From Nitrosopumilus sp. (lineage in GTDB: Archaea > Thermoproteota > Nitrososphaeria > Nitrososphaerales > Nitrosopumilaceae): 64,000 bases of DNA. The notes under the pieces are model-generated. The model was given only the letters and a program-made list of their open reading frames with translations. It was not told where the DNA came from and did not search any database. Position numbers and translations under genes: made by a program. The stretch covers positions 32,001 through 96,000 of the forward strand of contig CBDBLX010000001.1 in the NCBI GenBank assembly GCA_965207445.1, given 5' to 3'. The stretch's first letter is position 1; each line of letters starts with the position of its first letter. Of this stretch, positions 9,742-20,490 are shown piece after piece.

Positions 9742-10311
9742 TCATAATAATTTTAATTTGCGCATTGCACTAGGTGCATCCTTTAAAGAAAATATACGTA
9801 TAATCTTTTGAACATTAGAATCTGCAACATTGGTGTTCCAAGGTTGATTGTATAGTATGATCTTTTTATCTTTGCCCAAAAACGCTTGTGCATTTATAGG
9901 TGAGTCATCTATAAACACATCATAATTCAAATCTGATTTCATATGTCCTGATGCAACTGAGACATATTTGTTATACAAAACGCCTTGTTGTTTGAGCCAT
10001 AATTTGACATTGTTATTGGTACTAGGCGATCTAGCAGTTACGATATCCACAGTATCACCTAGATTAGATAATATTTGAGTGGTATTTGCCAAATCAGATT
10101 CAGTTGGAGGGATCGACTCCCACGAGTCCCAACACGAATTTAGTTGTTGGTAAAAGTCACGCTTTTTGATGCCATGCTTTGACCAAAAATCCCAACTTGA
10201 CATATCATGAGTGTACAATGGCACAAGTCTTCCAGGATTTGTAAGAGCAAGCCATGCTGTCATGACATCTGCCAAAACACCATCTACATCAAGTGCAATA
10301 TGTAGGGACAT
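9742..10311 (-). CDS. HAD-superfamily 5'(3')-nucleotidase-like phosphatase
   Basis: IALDVDGVLAD, IVTAR, FIDDSP, PWN motifs; coupled to dnaJ. Confidence 0.8.
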   Translation of the reverse strand: MSLHIALDVDGVLADVMTAWLALTNPGRLVPLYTHDMSSWDFWSKHGIKKRDFYQQLNSCWDSWESIPPTESDLANTTQILSNLGDTVDIVTARSPSTNNNVKLWLKQQGVLYNKYVSVASGHMKSDLNYDVFIDDSPINAQAFLGKDKKIILYNQPWNTNVADSNVQKIIRIFSLKDAPSAMRKLKLL

Positions 10312-11393
10312 CAGCTCTCTCTTTGAAATTCTTCAAGTAATTGTCTTTGCTTGCGGTTGAGTTTTTTTGGTATGTCAACTTGTAAATGAACAAACATGTC
10401 GCCCTTGCCACGACTGCGTATATGAGACACGCCCTTACCTCTTATTTTGATGATATCATCGGGTTGACTCCCAGAGTCTATGTTGATGCGCTCTTTGCCA
10501 TCTAATGTCGGAACAGTCATTGTTAACCCCAATGCTGCATCTACCATTGATATAGGAAGACTCATGTGAATGTCCTTACCATCACGCTCAAATAGTTCGT
10601 GTTTTTTTACTCGTACACGTACTATTAGATCACCATTATGCCCATCAGGAACCTCATCACCTTCACCAGATATTGTATAATCGCCATCTACAACACCAGG
10701 CGGTATTCTAAATCCTATCTCCTTTTTAGCCTTGTAGGTACCTCTGCCTTTGCATTCTTTACATGGAGATTCAATCATAAAACCTTGTCCTCGACATTCA
10801 CGACACGGGGACATGGTCACAAATGATGCAAATCCCATTCTTCGAGACCGCTGTACTTGACCACGCCCGCCGCATGGATGGCATACGATTTTCTTGGTTC
10901 CCTCACGGCATCCAGATCCCATACATGTTTTACATATGATCTGTTTTTGTATATTGATTTCAACAGGTGTACCATGAAGCACGTCTTCTAGTGTGACTGT
11001 TGTTTCGTATAGACGATCAGCGCCTTGTCTTTGAGATGGCCCACCACCACCACCACCACGTTGTCCCCCAAACATCTGCTCAAACAGTGAATCAAATCCG
11101 CTACCGCCAAATACATCATCAAAGTTCCCACGCGCACCACTGAATATATCCTCTGTACTATATTTGCCATCCACACCCGCATGTCCATGTTGATCATATA
11201 ATTGTCGCTTTGTCTCATCAGACAATACTGCATAAGCCTCAGATATCTCTTTGAAATGCTCAGCAGCATCAGTAGTATTGTTTCGATCTGGATGAAACTT
11301 TAGTGCGAGTTTACGATACTGTTTTTTAATATCAGATGTCGATGCGTTCTTATCAACACCTAAAACCTCATAATAGTCACGTTTCGCACTCAT
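10311..11393 (-). CDS. dnaJ: Chaperone DnaJ
   Basis: J-domain with HPD, G/F-rich region, four CxxCxGxG repeats. Confidence 0.97.
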   Translation of the reverse strand: MSAKRDYYEVLGVDKNASTSDIKKQYRKLALKFHPDRNNTTDAAEHFKEISEAYAVLSDETKRQLYDQHGHAGVDGKYSTEDIFSGARGNFDDVFGGSGFDSLFEQMFGGQRGGGGGGPSQRQGADRLYETTVTLEDVLHGTPVEINIQKQIICKTCMGSGCREGTKKIVCHPCGGRGQVQRSRRMGFASFVTMSPCRECRGQGFMIESPCKECKGRGTYKAKKEIGFRIPPGVVDGDYTISGEGDEVPDGHNGDLIVRVRVKKHELFERDGKDIHMSLPISMVDAALGLTMTVPTLDGKERINIDSGSQPDDIIKIRGKGVSHIRSRGKGDMFVHLQVDIPKKLNRKQRQLLEEFQRES

Positions 11394-11435
11394 AAAGCAT
11401 CACATCTATAATTTATGTATAAACGATCAGGTGGT

Positions 11436-13469
11436 TTATACTGTAGAGTCAGTCTTGTTTTCTGATTTAGTATCGGATTTGTTGCTATCGTTGTTGTTAT
11501 TATCATTATTATTATTATCACCATTATTATTATTATCACCATTATCGCTACCAGTAGTGTTAGACGATTCTGAACTATCATCAGCACTTTGTGTTTGATT
11601 TGGATCCATCTTTTCAAATACATCTTCACCTGGTTGTCCTTGGCCGAATCCTCCTCCAGCACCAGCATCCGCAGCACCGGCAGCAGCACCACCCGCACCG
11701 GCAGCTGCATCCGCAGCAGCTTTTTGATACAACTCTGTAGAGATTTTATTTACAATATCTTTGAGCACATCAAGTTTTGATCGTAGTTCTTCAGGCTCTT
11801 TGTCAAGTGCTTCTTTGACCTCACGTGAGGCATCTGTAATCTTTATGCCTTGTTCTTGAGTTATCTTGTCTTTGAGATCATGGTTCACCATTTTCTCAGT
11901 AGTGTATATGAAACTCTCGGCCTCATTTTTCAAATCTATCTTTTCTTTCTTCTTTTTGTCTTCCTCTGAGAATTTTTCTGCATCCTCTTTGAGTTTTTCA
12001 ATTTCGTCTTTTGACAACTTACTAGACGACTCGATTGTAATCTTTGCCTCTTTTTGTGTTCCCAAGTCCTTTGCAGTCACGTTGATAATTCCATTTGCAT
12101 CAATGTCAAACTTAACCTCTATCTGTGGAACACCCCTTGGTGCAGGAGGTATATCAGTAAGATTAAAGCTGCCCAAAGACACATTATCTACTGTCATTGG
12201 ACGCTCACCCTGCACAACATGAATCGTAACAGCAGTTTGACTGTCAGCAGCAGTAGTAAAGACCTTTGATTTTGATGTAGGTATGGTTGTATTGCGCTCT
12301 ATGAGTGGTTCTCGAACTCCACCAAGTGTCTCGATGCCAAGTGTGAGTGGTGTCACATCGAGTAGTACTATATCACTAGTAACGTCACCTGCTATGATAC
12401 CTGCTTGAATTGCAGCACCCATCGCTACTGCCTCCATAGGATCAACACCAGATTCGGACTCTTTTCCAACAACCTCACTTACAAACTTACGCACAAGTGG
12501 AATGCGTGTAGGTCCTCCGACCATTACGATCTTGTCTATATCAGGCTGGCCAACATTAGCATCCTCTAATGCTTTGAGGATAGAAGGTTTGCAACGTTGA
12601 ATAATAGGTTCAATAAGCTCGTCAAGTTTTGCTCGGCTTATTCGAATCTCTAGATTTTTGGAACCAGTTGATGGATCATGTGCAATAAATGGTAGATTAA
12701 CATCAGTCTCCATTACAGTGGATAGTTCAATCTTTGCTTTTTCTGCTGCTTCGCGCACACGCGTCATGGCAGTTGCATCAGAGGATAGATCGATGCCCTC
12801 TTTCTTTTTAAACTCATCAATTATATAATCAATTAATACTTTATCCATATCAGTTCCACCTAGTTGAGTGTCGCCAGATGTACTCATAACCTCAAATACG
12901 CCACCACCCATCTCCATTATAGTGACATCAAGTGTGCCACCACCAAAGTCAAAGACGAGAATCTTCATGTCTTCTTTTGCTTTGTCAAGCCCAAATGCAA
13001 GGGATGCAGCAGTAGGTTCATTTATGATACGAACGACATCGAGTCCAGCAATCGTACCTGCATCTTTTGTTGCTTGGCGTTGATTATCATCAAAGTATGC
13101 AGGAACTGTAATAACTGCTTTTTCGACCGTTTCACCTACAAATGCTTCTGCGTCTTTTTTGATCTTTTGTAAAATAAATGCAGATATCTGTTGTGGTTTG
13201 TACTCTTTGTCTTGCACCTTGAATGCATACTCAGAACCCATCTTTCGCTTTGCGGCTACTATAGTATTTGTCGGATTTGTGACTGCTTGTCTACGGGCAG
13301 GCTCACCTACCAATAGTTCACCTTCTTTTGTAAACGCAACAACAGATGGAAATGCCTTACCACCTATTGTAGCTCCTTCAGCAGCTGGAATAATTGTGGG
13401 TTTGCCACCCATCATTACAGCAGCAGCAGAATTACTTGTTCCTAGATCGATACCTATAACTTTGCTCAT
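11436..13469 (-). CDS. dnaK: Chaperone DnaK (Hsp70) with an N/D-rich C-terminal extension
   Basis: [31 protein letters not shown] motifs. Confidence 0.98.
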   Translation of the reverse strand: MSKVIGIDLGTSNSAAAVMMGGKPTIIPAAEGATIGGKAFPSVVAFTKEGELLVGEPARRQAVTNPTNTIVAAKRKMGSEYAFKVQDKEYKPQQISAFILQKIKKDAEAFVGETVEKAVITVPAYFDDNQRQATKDAGTIAGLDVVRIINEPTAASLAFGLDKAKEDMKILVFDFGGGTLDVTIMEMGGGVFEVMSTSGDTQLGGTDMDKVLIDYIIDEFKKKEGIDLSSDATAMTRVREAAEKAKIELSTVMETDVNLPFIAHDPSTGSKNLEIRISRAKLDELIEPIIQRCKPSILKALEDANVGQPDIDKIVMVGGPTRIPLVRKFVSEVVGKESESGVDPMEAVAMGAAIQAGIIAGDVTSDIVLLDVTPLTLGIETLGGVREPLIERNTTIPTSKSKVFTTAADSQTAVTIHVVQGERPMTVDNVSLGSFNLTDIPPAPRGVPQIEVKFDIDANGIINVTAKDLGTQKEAKITIESSSKLSKDEIEKLKEDAEKFSEEDKKKKEKIDLKNEAESFIYTTEKMVNHDLKDKITQEQGIKITDASREVKEALDKEPEELRSKLDVLKDIVNKISTELYQKAAADAAAGAGGAAAGAADAGAGGGFGQGQPGEDVFEKMDPNQTQSADDSSESSNTTGSDNGDNNNNGDNNNNDNNNNDSNKSDTKSENKTDSTV

Positions 13470-13473
13470 ATTT

Positions 13474-14211
13474 TCACTCCTTTTTTGAAATGACGACCAT
13501 TGTAGGCCTTATAATCGTATTTCTAAACGTGTAACCGCGCCGTACCTCTTGAATAACTGTATTATCATCAAGGGTGGGGTCTATTTGAGTAGATATTGCT
13601 TCGTGTGTATTTGGATCAAATATTTCACCTAGTGCATCGATGGGACGTACCTCATATTTTCCTAATACAGAATCCATATTGCGTAGTACAGAATCAAGCC
13701 CGCTTACATCAATATTGTTTTTAGTAAATGCATCACGAGCGCGAATAAAGTCATCGCGTATATCTACTAAACTCGTCATCACATCACGGGTCTGTTGCAT
13801 GACACGGTTGTCAATATCAGATGCAGTGCGTTTTGAGAGGTTCTGATAGTCTGCAAGTGCTAGTCGAAGCTTTTGCTCAAACTCAGAGGATCTTGTTTTT
13901 TCCTTTTCTAATAATACAGATAAAGATTCGTTGTCGACGTTATCGTTGCAAGTGTCGTCGTAAGTGTCGTTGTTGGAGTTATCGTTGTTGGAGTTATCGT
14001 TGTTGGTATCATTACCGTTGTGTGGGGTATCCTCTGATCGCTCAGCTGGTTCAACAACAGGTGTATCATTGTGTGTCGTATTAACATCAGAATTGGTCTG
14101 ATTATTAATATGATCATCTTTACTTGTTAAATTTACTATAGGTACATCATCATCTGTTATCTCTAATTCTTTGTACTCTTTTATCTGAGGGTCATCATTA
14201 TTTTGTGACAT
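13474..14211 (-). CDS. grpE: Nucleotide exchange factor GrpE
   Basis: [21 protein letters not shown]...IRPTMVVI; directly upstream of dnaK. Confidence 0.95.
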   Translation of the reverse strand: MSQNNDDPQIKEYKELEITDDDVPIVNLTSKDDHINNQTNSDVNTTHNDTPVVEPAERSEDTPHNGNDTNNDNSNNDNSNNDTYDDTCNDNVDNESLSVLLEKEKTRSSEFEQKLRLALADYQNLSKRTASDIDNRVMQQTRDVMTSLVDIRDDFIRARDAFTKNNIDVSGLDSVLRNMDSVLGKYEVRPIDALGEIFDPNTHEAISTQIDPTLDDNTVIQEVRRGYTFRNTIIRPTMVVISKKE

Positions 14212-14673
14212 TATATCTAGTCTTTACAAGCAACTTATAATTTAACGGTAAATTGTTCTTGTGATGAATAATCTATCATTACAATTATACAAATTCTTGA
14301 TTGTTTTTTTTGTTATTAAAACTAATCATAAAAAATTAGCGTGTTGCATAATTCGTAAATTTATACTCCTCGGGGGTCATGTCCATGTGGTCTGAGCCGC
14401 GCAACCTACGTTACACGATTCAAAGCCACTCAAATGCTCTGTAAACTGGACAGGAAGACTGTCTGCCTCAAGATATGATGCCAGCGGGTGTGTCAATTCA
14501 CGCCTACAACAAGCCATAAGCGGGCCGTGCTTCAAGCCTACAAAGTGTACGCGCAAAACATGGCGTGGGATACGCCTTGGCATTTTATGTGTACATACAT
14601 ATATCTTCATATTTGTATTTAAGCTGTACAATGTGCCATTATACAGCAGTGTAAATGTGCAAATAGATTAAAT

Positions 14674-14961
14674 ATGCATGACGGAAGGATTTCCGTAGAC
14701 AAAAGCACAAACAAAACGCAGCGTGACATCATCAGAATCATCGATGAGTTGAAAAACGTTGGTACAAGTTGCCAGAGGATACCAAAGGCCACACAATCAA
14801 TCTTTGCCGACTCAACAAGGGTGCACGGTATACAGGTGGCCGACGCGTTCGCTTACTGTGCCTTGCAGCATAGCAAGAAAAACGAGCAGTTTGACAGCTA
14901 CTGGGAGGTCATCTGCAACAAACTGGGGAGAAACGACCTAAAGACAATACCTGCCAGCTAG
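14674..14961 (+). pseudogene. C-terminal half of a DUF3800 protein (copy 1)
   Basis: IFADS...GIQVADAFAY aligns with IFVDS...LIQLADMIAY of 2596-3414; N-terminal DxSG region absent. Confidence 0.75.
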
Positions 14962-14964
14962 CGT

Positions 14965-15051
14965 AAAAAACACCCACAAACGTCAAGAATGTGTAGCCGG
15001 GAACGCCCCGCTAGCACACCCCATAGGCGACACACCGTATCGCCCTTTGAC
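14965..15051 (-). ncRNA. Candidate ~87-nt structured RNA convergent with the DUF3800 fragment (repeated in each unit)
   Basis: Closing stem GUCAA/UUGAC around two hairpins; minus-strand TTTATTTA (15074-15081) 23 nt upstream; T6 tract at 14965-14970. Confidence 0.55.
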
Positions 15052-15432
15052 ATTATCATATGGGCCTACTGTGTAAATAAAATTTCAGTTTTTAATAGCA
15101 TGTTGCATAATTCGTAAATTTATACTCCTCGGGGGTCATGTCCATGTGGTCTGAGCCGCGCAACCTACGTTACACGATTCAAAGCCACTCAAATGCTCTG
15201 TAAACTGGACAGGAAGACTGTCTGCCTCAAGATATGATGCCAGCGGGTGTGTCAATTCACGCCTACAACAAGCCATAAGCGGGCCGTGCTTCAAGCCTAC
15301 AAAGTGTACGCGCAAAACATGGCGTGGGATACGCCTTGGCATTTTATGTGTACATACATATATCTTCATATTTGTATTTAAGCTGTACAATGTGCCATTA
15401 TACAGCAGTGTAAATGTGCAAATAGATTAAAT

Positions 15433-15719
15433 ATGCATGACGGAAGGATTTCCGTAGACAAAAGCACAAACAAAACGCAGCGTGACATCATCAGAATCAT
15501 CGATGAGTTGAAAACGTTGGTACAAGTTGCCAGAGGATACCAAAGGCCACACAATCAATCTTTGCCGACTCAACAAGGGTGCACGGTATACAGGTGGCCG
15601 ACGCGTTCGCTTACTGTGCCTTGCAGCATAGCAAGAAAAACGAGCAGTTTGACAGCTACTGGGAGGTCATCTGCAACAAACTGGGGAGAAACGACCTAAA
15701 GACAATACCTGCCAGCTAG
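15433..15719 (+). pseudogene. DUF3800 C-terminal fragment (copy 2, 1-nt frameshift)
   Basis: AAAAAC changed to AAAAC near 15514 shifts the frame. Confidence 0.7.
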
Positions 15720-16116
15720 CGTAAAAAACACCCACAAACGTCAAGGGTAGCCGGGAACGCCCCGCTAGCACACCCCATAGGCGACACACCGTATCGCCCT
15801 TTGTGGGCCTACAATTCGTAAATTTATACTCCTCGGGGGTCACATGTGGTCTGAGCCGCGCCGTTACACGATTCAAAGCCACTCAAATGCTCAAGACAGG
15901 AAGACTGTCTGCCTCAAGATATGATGCCAGCGGGTGTAATTCACGCCTACAACAAGCCATAAGCGGGCCGTGCTTCAAGCCTACAAAGTGTACGCGCAAA
16001 ACATGGCGTGGGATACGCCTTGGCATTTTATGTGTACATACATATATCTTCATATTTGTATTTAAGCTGTACAATGTGCCATTATACAGCAGTGTAAATG
16101 TGCAAATAGATTAAAT

Positions 16117-16404
16117 ATGCATGACGGAAGGATTTCCGTAGACAAAAGCACAAACAAAACGCAGCGTGACATCATCAGAATCATCGATGAGTTGAAAAAC
16201 GTTGGTACAAGTTGCCAGAGGATACCAAAGGCCACACAATCAATCTTTGCCGACTCAACAAGGGTGCACGGTATACAGGTGGCCGACGCGTTCGCTTACT
16301 GTGCCTTGCAGCATAGCAAGAAAAACGAGCAGTTTGACAGCTACTGGGAGGTCATCTGCAACAAACTGGGGAGAAACGACCTAAAGACAATACCTGCCAG
16401 CTAG
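16117..16404 (+). pseudogene. DUF3800 C-terminal fragment (copy 3)
   Basis: Identical translation to copy 1. Confidence 0.75.
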
Positions 16405-16875
16405 CGTAAAAAACACCCACAAACGTCAAGAATGTGTAGCCGGGAACGCCCCGCTAGCACACCCCATAGGCGACACACCGTATCGCCCTTTGACATTATC
16501 ATATGGGCCTACTGTGTAAATAAAATTTCAGTTTTTAATAGCATGTTGCATAATTCGTAAATTTATACTCCTCGGGGGTCATGTCCATGTGGTCTGAGCC
16601 GCGCAACCTACGTTACACGATTCAAAGCCACTCAAATGCTCTGTAAACTGGACAGGAAGACTGTCTGCCTCAAGATATGATGCCAGCGGGTGTGTCAATT
16701 CACGCCTACAACAAGCCATAAGCGGGCCGTGCTTCAAGCCTACAAAGTGTACGCGCAAAACATGGCGTGGGATACGCCTTGGCATTTTATGTGTACATAC
16801 ATATATCTTCATATTTGTATTTAAGCTGTACAATGTGCCATTATACAGCAGTGTAAATGTGCAAATAGATTAAAT

Positions 16876-17163
16876 ATGCATGACGGAAGGATTTCCGTAG
16901 ACAAAAGCACAAACAAAACGCAGCGTGACATCATCAGAATCATCGATGAGTTGAAAAACGTTGGTACAAGTTGCCAGAGGATACCAAAGGCCACACAATC
17001 AATCTTTGCCGACTCAACAAGGGTGCACGGTATACAGGTGGCCGACGCGTTCGCTTACTGTGCCTTGCAGCATAGCAAGAAAAACGAGCAGTTTAACAGC
17101 TACTGGGAGGTCATCTGCAACAAACTGGGGAGAAACGACCTAAAGACAATACCTGCCAGCTAG
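16876..17163 (+). pseudogene. DUF3800 C-terminal fragment (copy 4, D to N substitution)
   Basis: QFNSY versus QFDSY. Confidence 0.75.
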
Positions 17164-17727
17164 CGTAAAAAACACCCACAAACGTCAAGAATGTGTAGCC
17201 GGGAACGCCCCGCTAGCACACCCCATAGGCGACACACCGTATCGCCCTTTGACATTATCATATGGGCCTACTGTGTAAATAAAATTTCAGTTTTTAATAG
17301 CATGTTGCATAATTCGTAAATTTATACTCCTCGGGGGTCGTGGCCATGTGGTCTGAGTCGCGCAACCTTGTCGTTACACGATTCAAAGCCACTCAAATGC
17401 TCTGTAAACTGGACAGGAAGACTGTCTGCCTCAAGATATGATGCCAGCGGGTGTGTCAATTCACGCCTACAACAAGCCATAAGCGGGCCGTGCTTCAAGC
17501 CTACAAAGTGTACGCGCAAAACATGGCGTGGGATACGCCTTGGCATTTTATGTGTACATACATATATCTTCATATTTGTATTTAAGCTGTACAATGTGCC
17601 ATTATACAGCAGTGTAAATGTGCTAACGTGTTGTATAACTCGATGCGCATCGAATTATGCAACACGCTATAAAAAATTGGTCAATTATTACCAAAAAATC
17701 AACAGTCGTATACACAGCAGCAAAATA

Positions 17728-18136
17728 TCAGTCCCCGGTATGTCTAATTACTTGTCTAGTCCCAAGAGCTTGATCAAATTGTTTTTCTAACATATCAAAG
17801 TAATCATCAAAGGCCGATACATCATCATCATTACCATGCACTTTTTGATTGAGGGTAAATGGTTTTCGCATACCATTTTTCAAAACCATAGTCTGTTGTT
17901 TATATGCAAACATCTCCAAGAATACTTTTTCACAGAACAGTTTTTGGCAAATTTACCATCTTTCTCCAATTCATGTATTTTTTGCAGATCGAGATTATCC
18001 AAATCGATGATATAATCCCCCCAGGAATGTAATCATTACTTGGAAATGGTGTCGAATGCTCATTAGTTGAGTTTCCTAAAGTGTATCGTGATATTTGATC
18101 ACCATAGTTAAAATCCACTATTTCTCCTGAACACAA
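17728..18136 (-). pseudogene. Probable frameshifted remnant of an unidentified gene
   Basis: Consecutive short protein-like ORFs joined across homopolymer runs; family not recognised. Confidence 0.3.
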
Positions 18137-18215
18137 AAACTACAAAATGATGTGAAAATAAAGACCTTCCACATATCATGATAAAATGAACATCAGTAGT
18201 GCACACCACTACCAT

Positions 18216-19514
18216 TTACAAAGTCAAATTTTTACGTTCAAGTATAGGACTAGTGTTCACCACTATTACATTTGGCATATCTGCTGTTGTTAGTTTTGCA
18301 ACCTTATGATCATTTATTGTACACGGAATTATAGCCACGGGTATTTGTAAGGTATTTAGATCATGAGGAAGTTCAGAGTACAATTCTACATCTGTTATCC
18401 ATCCTTGTAACCTTTCAAGAAAAAAGTTGCACATTTCGCTATGATCGCCACGTAAAAGATTAGTGTCAAAATTCCACAACAAAATTACCTTTATTCTGGT
18501 ACGTCTCAAGTCATGATCACGCATGACATATTTTATATGCTCAGGCAAATGTCGAACATATGATGTTATAATCTTAATAAATGAGTCTGTCATTCGTCGT
18601 AGAGGCCTTTTGATTTCAAGTGATGCAGATATTATACGTAAATCAAGCAAGCCATCTAAAATTAAATCAATGTTCAAGTTTTGTATCCGCGGGTCTATTG
18701 TAAGTTCTGATGCTGCATCATTAGGAGTAGAATCACCCAACTCTATAATAGAGCAAATATTAGCAAATCTTGATACTATATCTAATGCATGTTTGTACTC
18801 TGCTGCACGCACAGTGATAAATTTGGGCATTTTGAAATCTGGTCCGGTGGATAATAGTAGTCCAAGACGCTGATCAGTTATAGCAACATCATATACGCCA
18901 ATGAATTGTGGAGGTGAGCGTCTACTCTCTAATGGATAGTAGTAATAAAATACTTTAGTATTTGCCTCAAATCCTGTCATGTGTTCTAATATAGCAACAT
19001 ACTCTTCACCATCACCAATCCCAGCAGGTGCACAGAATACTACAGATACGCCCTCACGTACATACTCAATGGCATCTTTGAAGAGTGATTGTATATTTGC
19101 CTTAATGTTATGCTCATTTGGTCGAATACGTGGAGTAAAGAATAGGTAATCGGCCTTTGATATTGCGACTGGTAATCGTTCCATTAGCATTATTGGTTCA
19201 TCTTCTTTGAGTGTAGATATACTAGGATACGCTCTTGCAATTTCAGGATTCAGTGATATAGCAGTAGAATCTGACTCATCAACAATATAGACAACAGCAC
19301 CATCTATTGCAGCTTGCCGTGCAATATTGTACCCTTCGGTACTCATGCCAAATATTGTGACTGTGGGAGGAGGTTTGGAGGTGGTAGTGGTAGCAGTAGT
19401 GGTAGCAGTAGCATGATGTATTTCATTAGGAATGGTTGTTGCTGCATTGGTGGTAGTGTCATTTTTTTTTGATTTTTTATTTTTAGAACTGTTCTTTACC
19501 ATATGTACAGTCAC
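18216..19514 (-). CDS. Divergent nucleotide-sugar dehydrogenase-like (UDP-glucose/GDP-mannose DH-like) protein
   Basis: Degenerate Rossmann start VTIFGMSTEG, ADYLFF, YYPLE, AAEYK; overall layout resembles the family. Confidence 0.5.
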   Translation of the reverse strand: MTVHMVKNSSKNKKSKKNDTTTNAATTIPNEIHHATATTTATTTTSKPPPTVTIFGMSTEGYNIARQAAIDGAVVYIVDESDSTAISLNPEIARAYPSISTLKEDEPIMLMERLPVAISKADYLFFTPRIRPNEHNIKANIQSLFKDAIEYVREGVSVVFCAPAGIGDGEEYVAILEHMTGFEANTKVFYYYYPLESRRSPPQFIGVYDVAITDQRLGLLLSTGPDFKMPKFITVRAAEYKHALDIVSRFANICSIIELGDSTPNDAASELTIDPRIQNLNIDLILDGLLDLRIISASLEIKRPLRRMTDSFIKIITSYVRHLPEHIKYVMRDHDLRRTRIKVILLWNFDTNLLRGDHSEMCNFFLERLQGWITDVELYSELPHDLNTLQIPVAIIPCTINDHKVAKLTTADMPNVIVVNTSPILERKNLTL

Positions 19515-19600
19515 AGTGGCTAAAAGAAAAACCTATTGTAAAATTTAGAATGTACGATCTAAAAAGTTCATTAAGGTATTGCATATGCTAGTGTATTATC

Positions 19601-19673
19601 AGCCCGGTAGTGTAGTGGTCAAGCATGGAGGGTTTTGGACCCTCCGACCCCAGTTCGAATCTGGGCCGGGCTA
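19601..19673 (+). tRNA. tRNA-Gln (TTG)
   Basis: AGCCCGG/CCGGGCT acceptor stem, GAGGG-TTTTGGA-CCCTC anticodon arm, GTTCGAATC T-loop. Confidence 0.95.
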
Positions 19674-19719
19674 TTATTTTACTACATACACATGACATCA
19701 TTACAAAGTAAAACAGTCA

Positions 19720-20490
19720 TCAAACATTTAGTTTTGTAAGCAATCTAGATGCAATTGCAAAAAATGTGCCTGCCAGTATAACCAATATTGCCACCTCTAG
19801 TATGACAAATGATGTAATGTTACCAAATATACCAGCTCTGATAATATCTACTAAATATGTCAAAGGATTAAAATAAAATGCAGTGCGTAACGGTTCTTGC
19901 ACGCCGTCTGCAGGGTAAAAGGCAGTACTGACAAATGCAAAGAATAAAAATACAGTATTTATGATGACATTAAACCCTTCACTTGATCGAAGTCTGGTAG
20001 ATATTATAGATGCAAGTGAACCAAACAATACAGATCCAGATACAGCACCAAATATGACAAGAGGGATAGTTACAGATGACAGTACCACATCGTGAAAAAA
20101 TATTGGATATCCTACTGCTAAAATAAACGACGCACTAACAAGACCAATTATTGCAATTGTAAGGATGTTGCTTAATATGTACTGTCCACGCGTAAATGGG
20201 CCTGACATTATCTGTTCAAACATTCCATGTCGTCTATCATTCCATATTATTATACCAGAGACCAGAGTGCTGTTCATTATATTAAATCCAATCATACCAG
20301 ATGCTAAAAACGCAGGATAATCCAAATCTTTTGGGCCCAGTTGGATTCCAGATACTAGGGGAGCGTATGCAAATCCCGCTATGAATATGTATACAAGTGG
20401 AAATATTACCTGCCATATCAAAAATCCAGGGTTGAGTGATATTGTGATGTTACGATTTACTAGTCGAAGTATGGGATGCATTGTAATCAC
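19720..20490 (-). CDS. ABC-2 type transporter permease
   Basis: Six TM segments; STAFYP and NPLTYLVD motifs. Confidence 0.9.
   Translation of the reverse strand: MITMHPILRLVNRNITISLNPGFLIWQVIFPLVYIFIAGFAYAPLVSGIQLGPKDLDYPAFLASGMIGFNIMNSTLVSGIIIWNDRRHGMFEQIMSGPFTRGQYILSNILTIAIIGLVSASFILAVGYPIFFHDVVLSSVTIPLVIFGAVSGSVLFGSLASIISTRLRSSEGFNVIINTVFLFFAFVSTAFYPADGVQEPLRTAFYFNPLTYLVDIIRAGIFGNITSFVILEVAILVILAGTFFAIASRLLTKLNV

Larger units (their letters stand above)
14337..17623. repeat. About 4.4 tandem copies of a 759-bp unit (starts 14337, 15096, ~15813, 16539, 17298)
   Basis: Near-identical units and repeated ORFs; units 2-3 together are 75 bp short. Confidence 0.95.
14337..17669. mobile_element. 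Non-autonomous TIR-bounded element containing a 759-bp tandem amplification
   Basis: TAGCGTGTTGCATAATTCG (14337-14355) and its exact reverse complement (17651-17669); TAAAAAAT duplicated on both flanks (14329-14336, 17670-17677). Confidence 0.8.

Noticed and set aside
14377..14631. 84-aa minus-strand ORF repeated in segment A as a real gene
   Set aside because: No recognisable motif and its C-terminus changes frame in the last copy; at most a transposase remnant
14337..17623. Tandem array as a CRISPR array
   Set aside because: Units are 759 bp and near-identical, with no unique spacers and no cas genes
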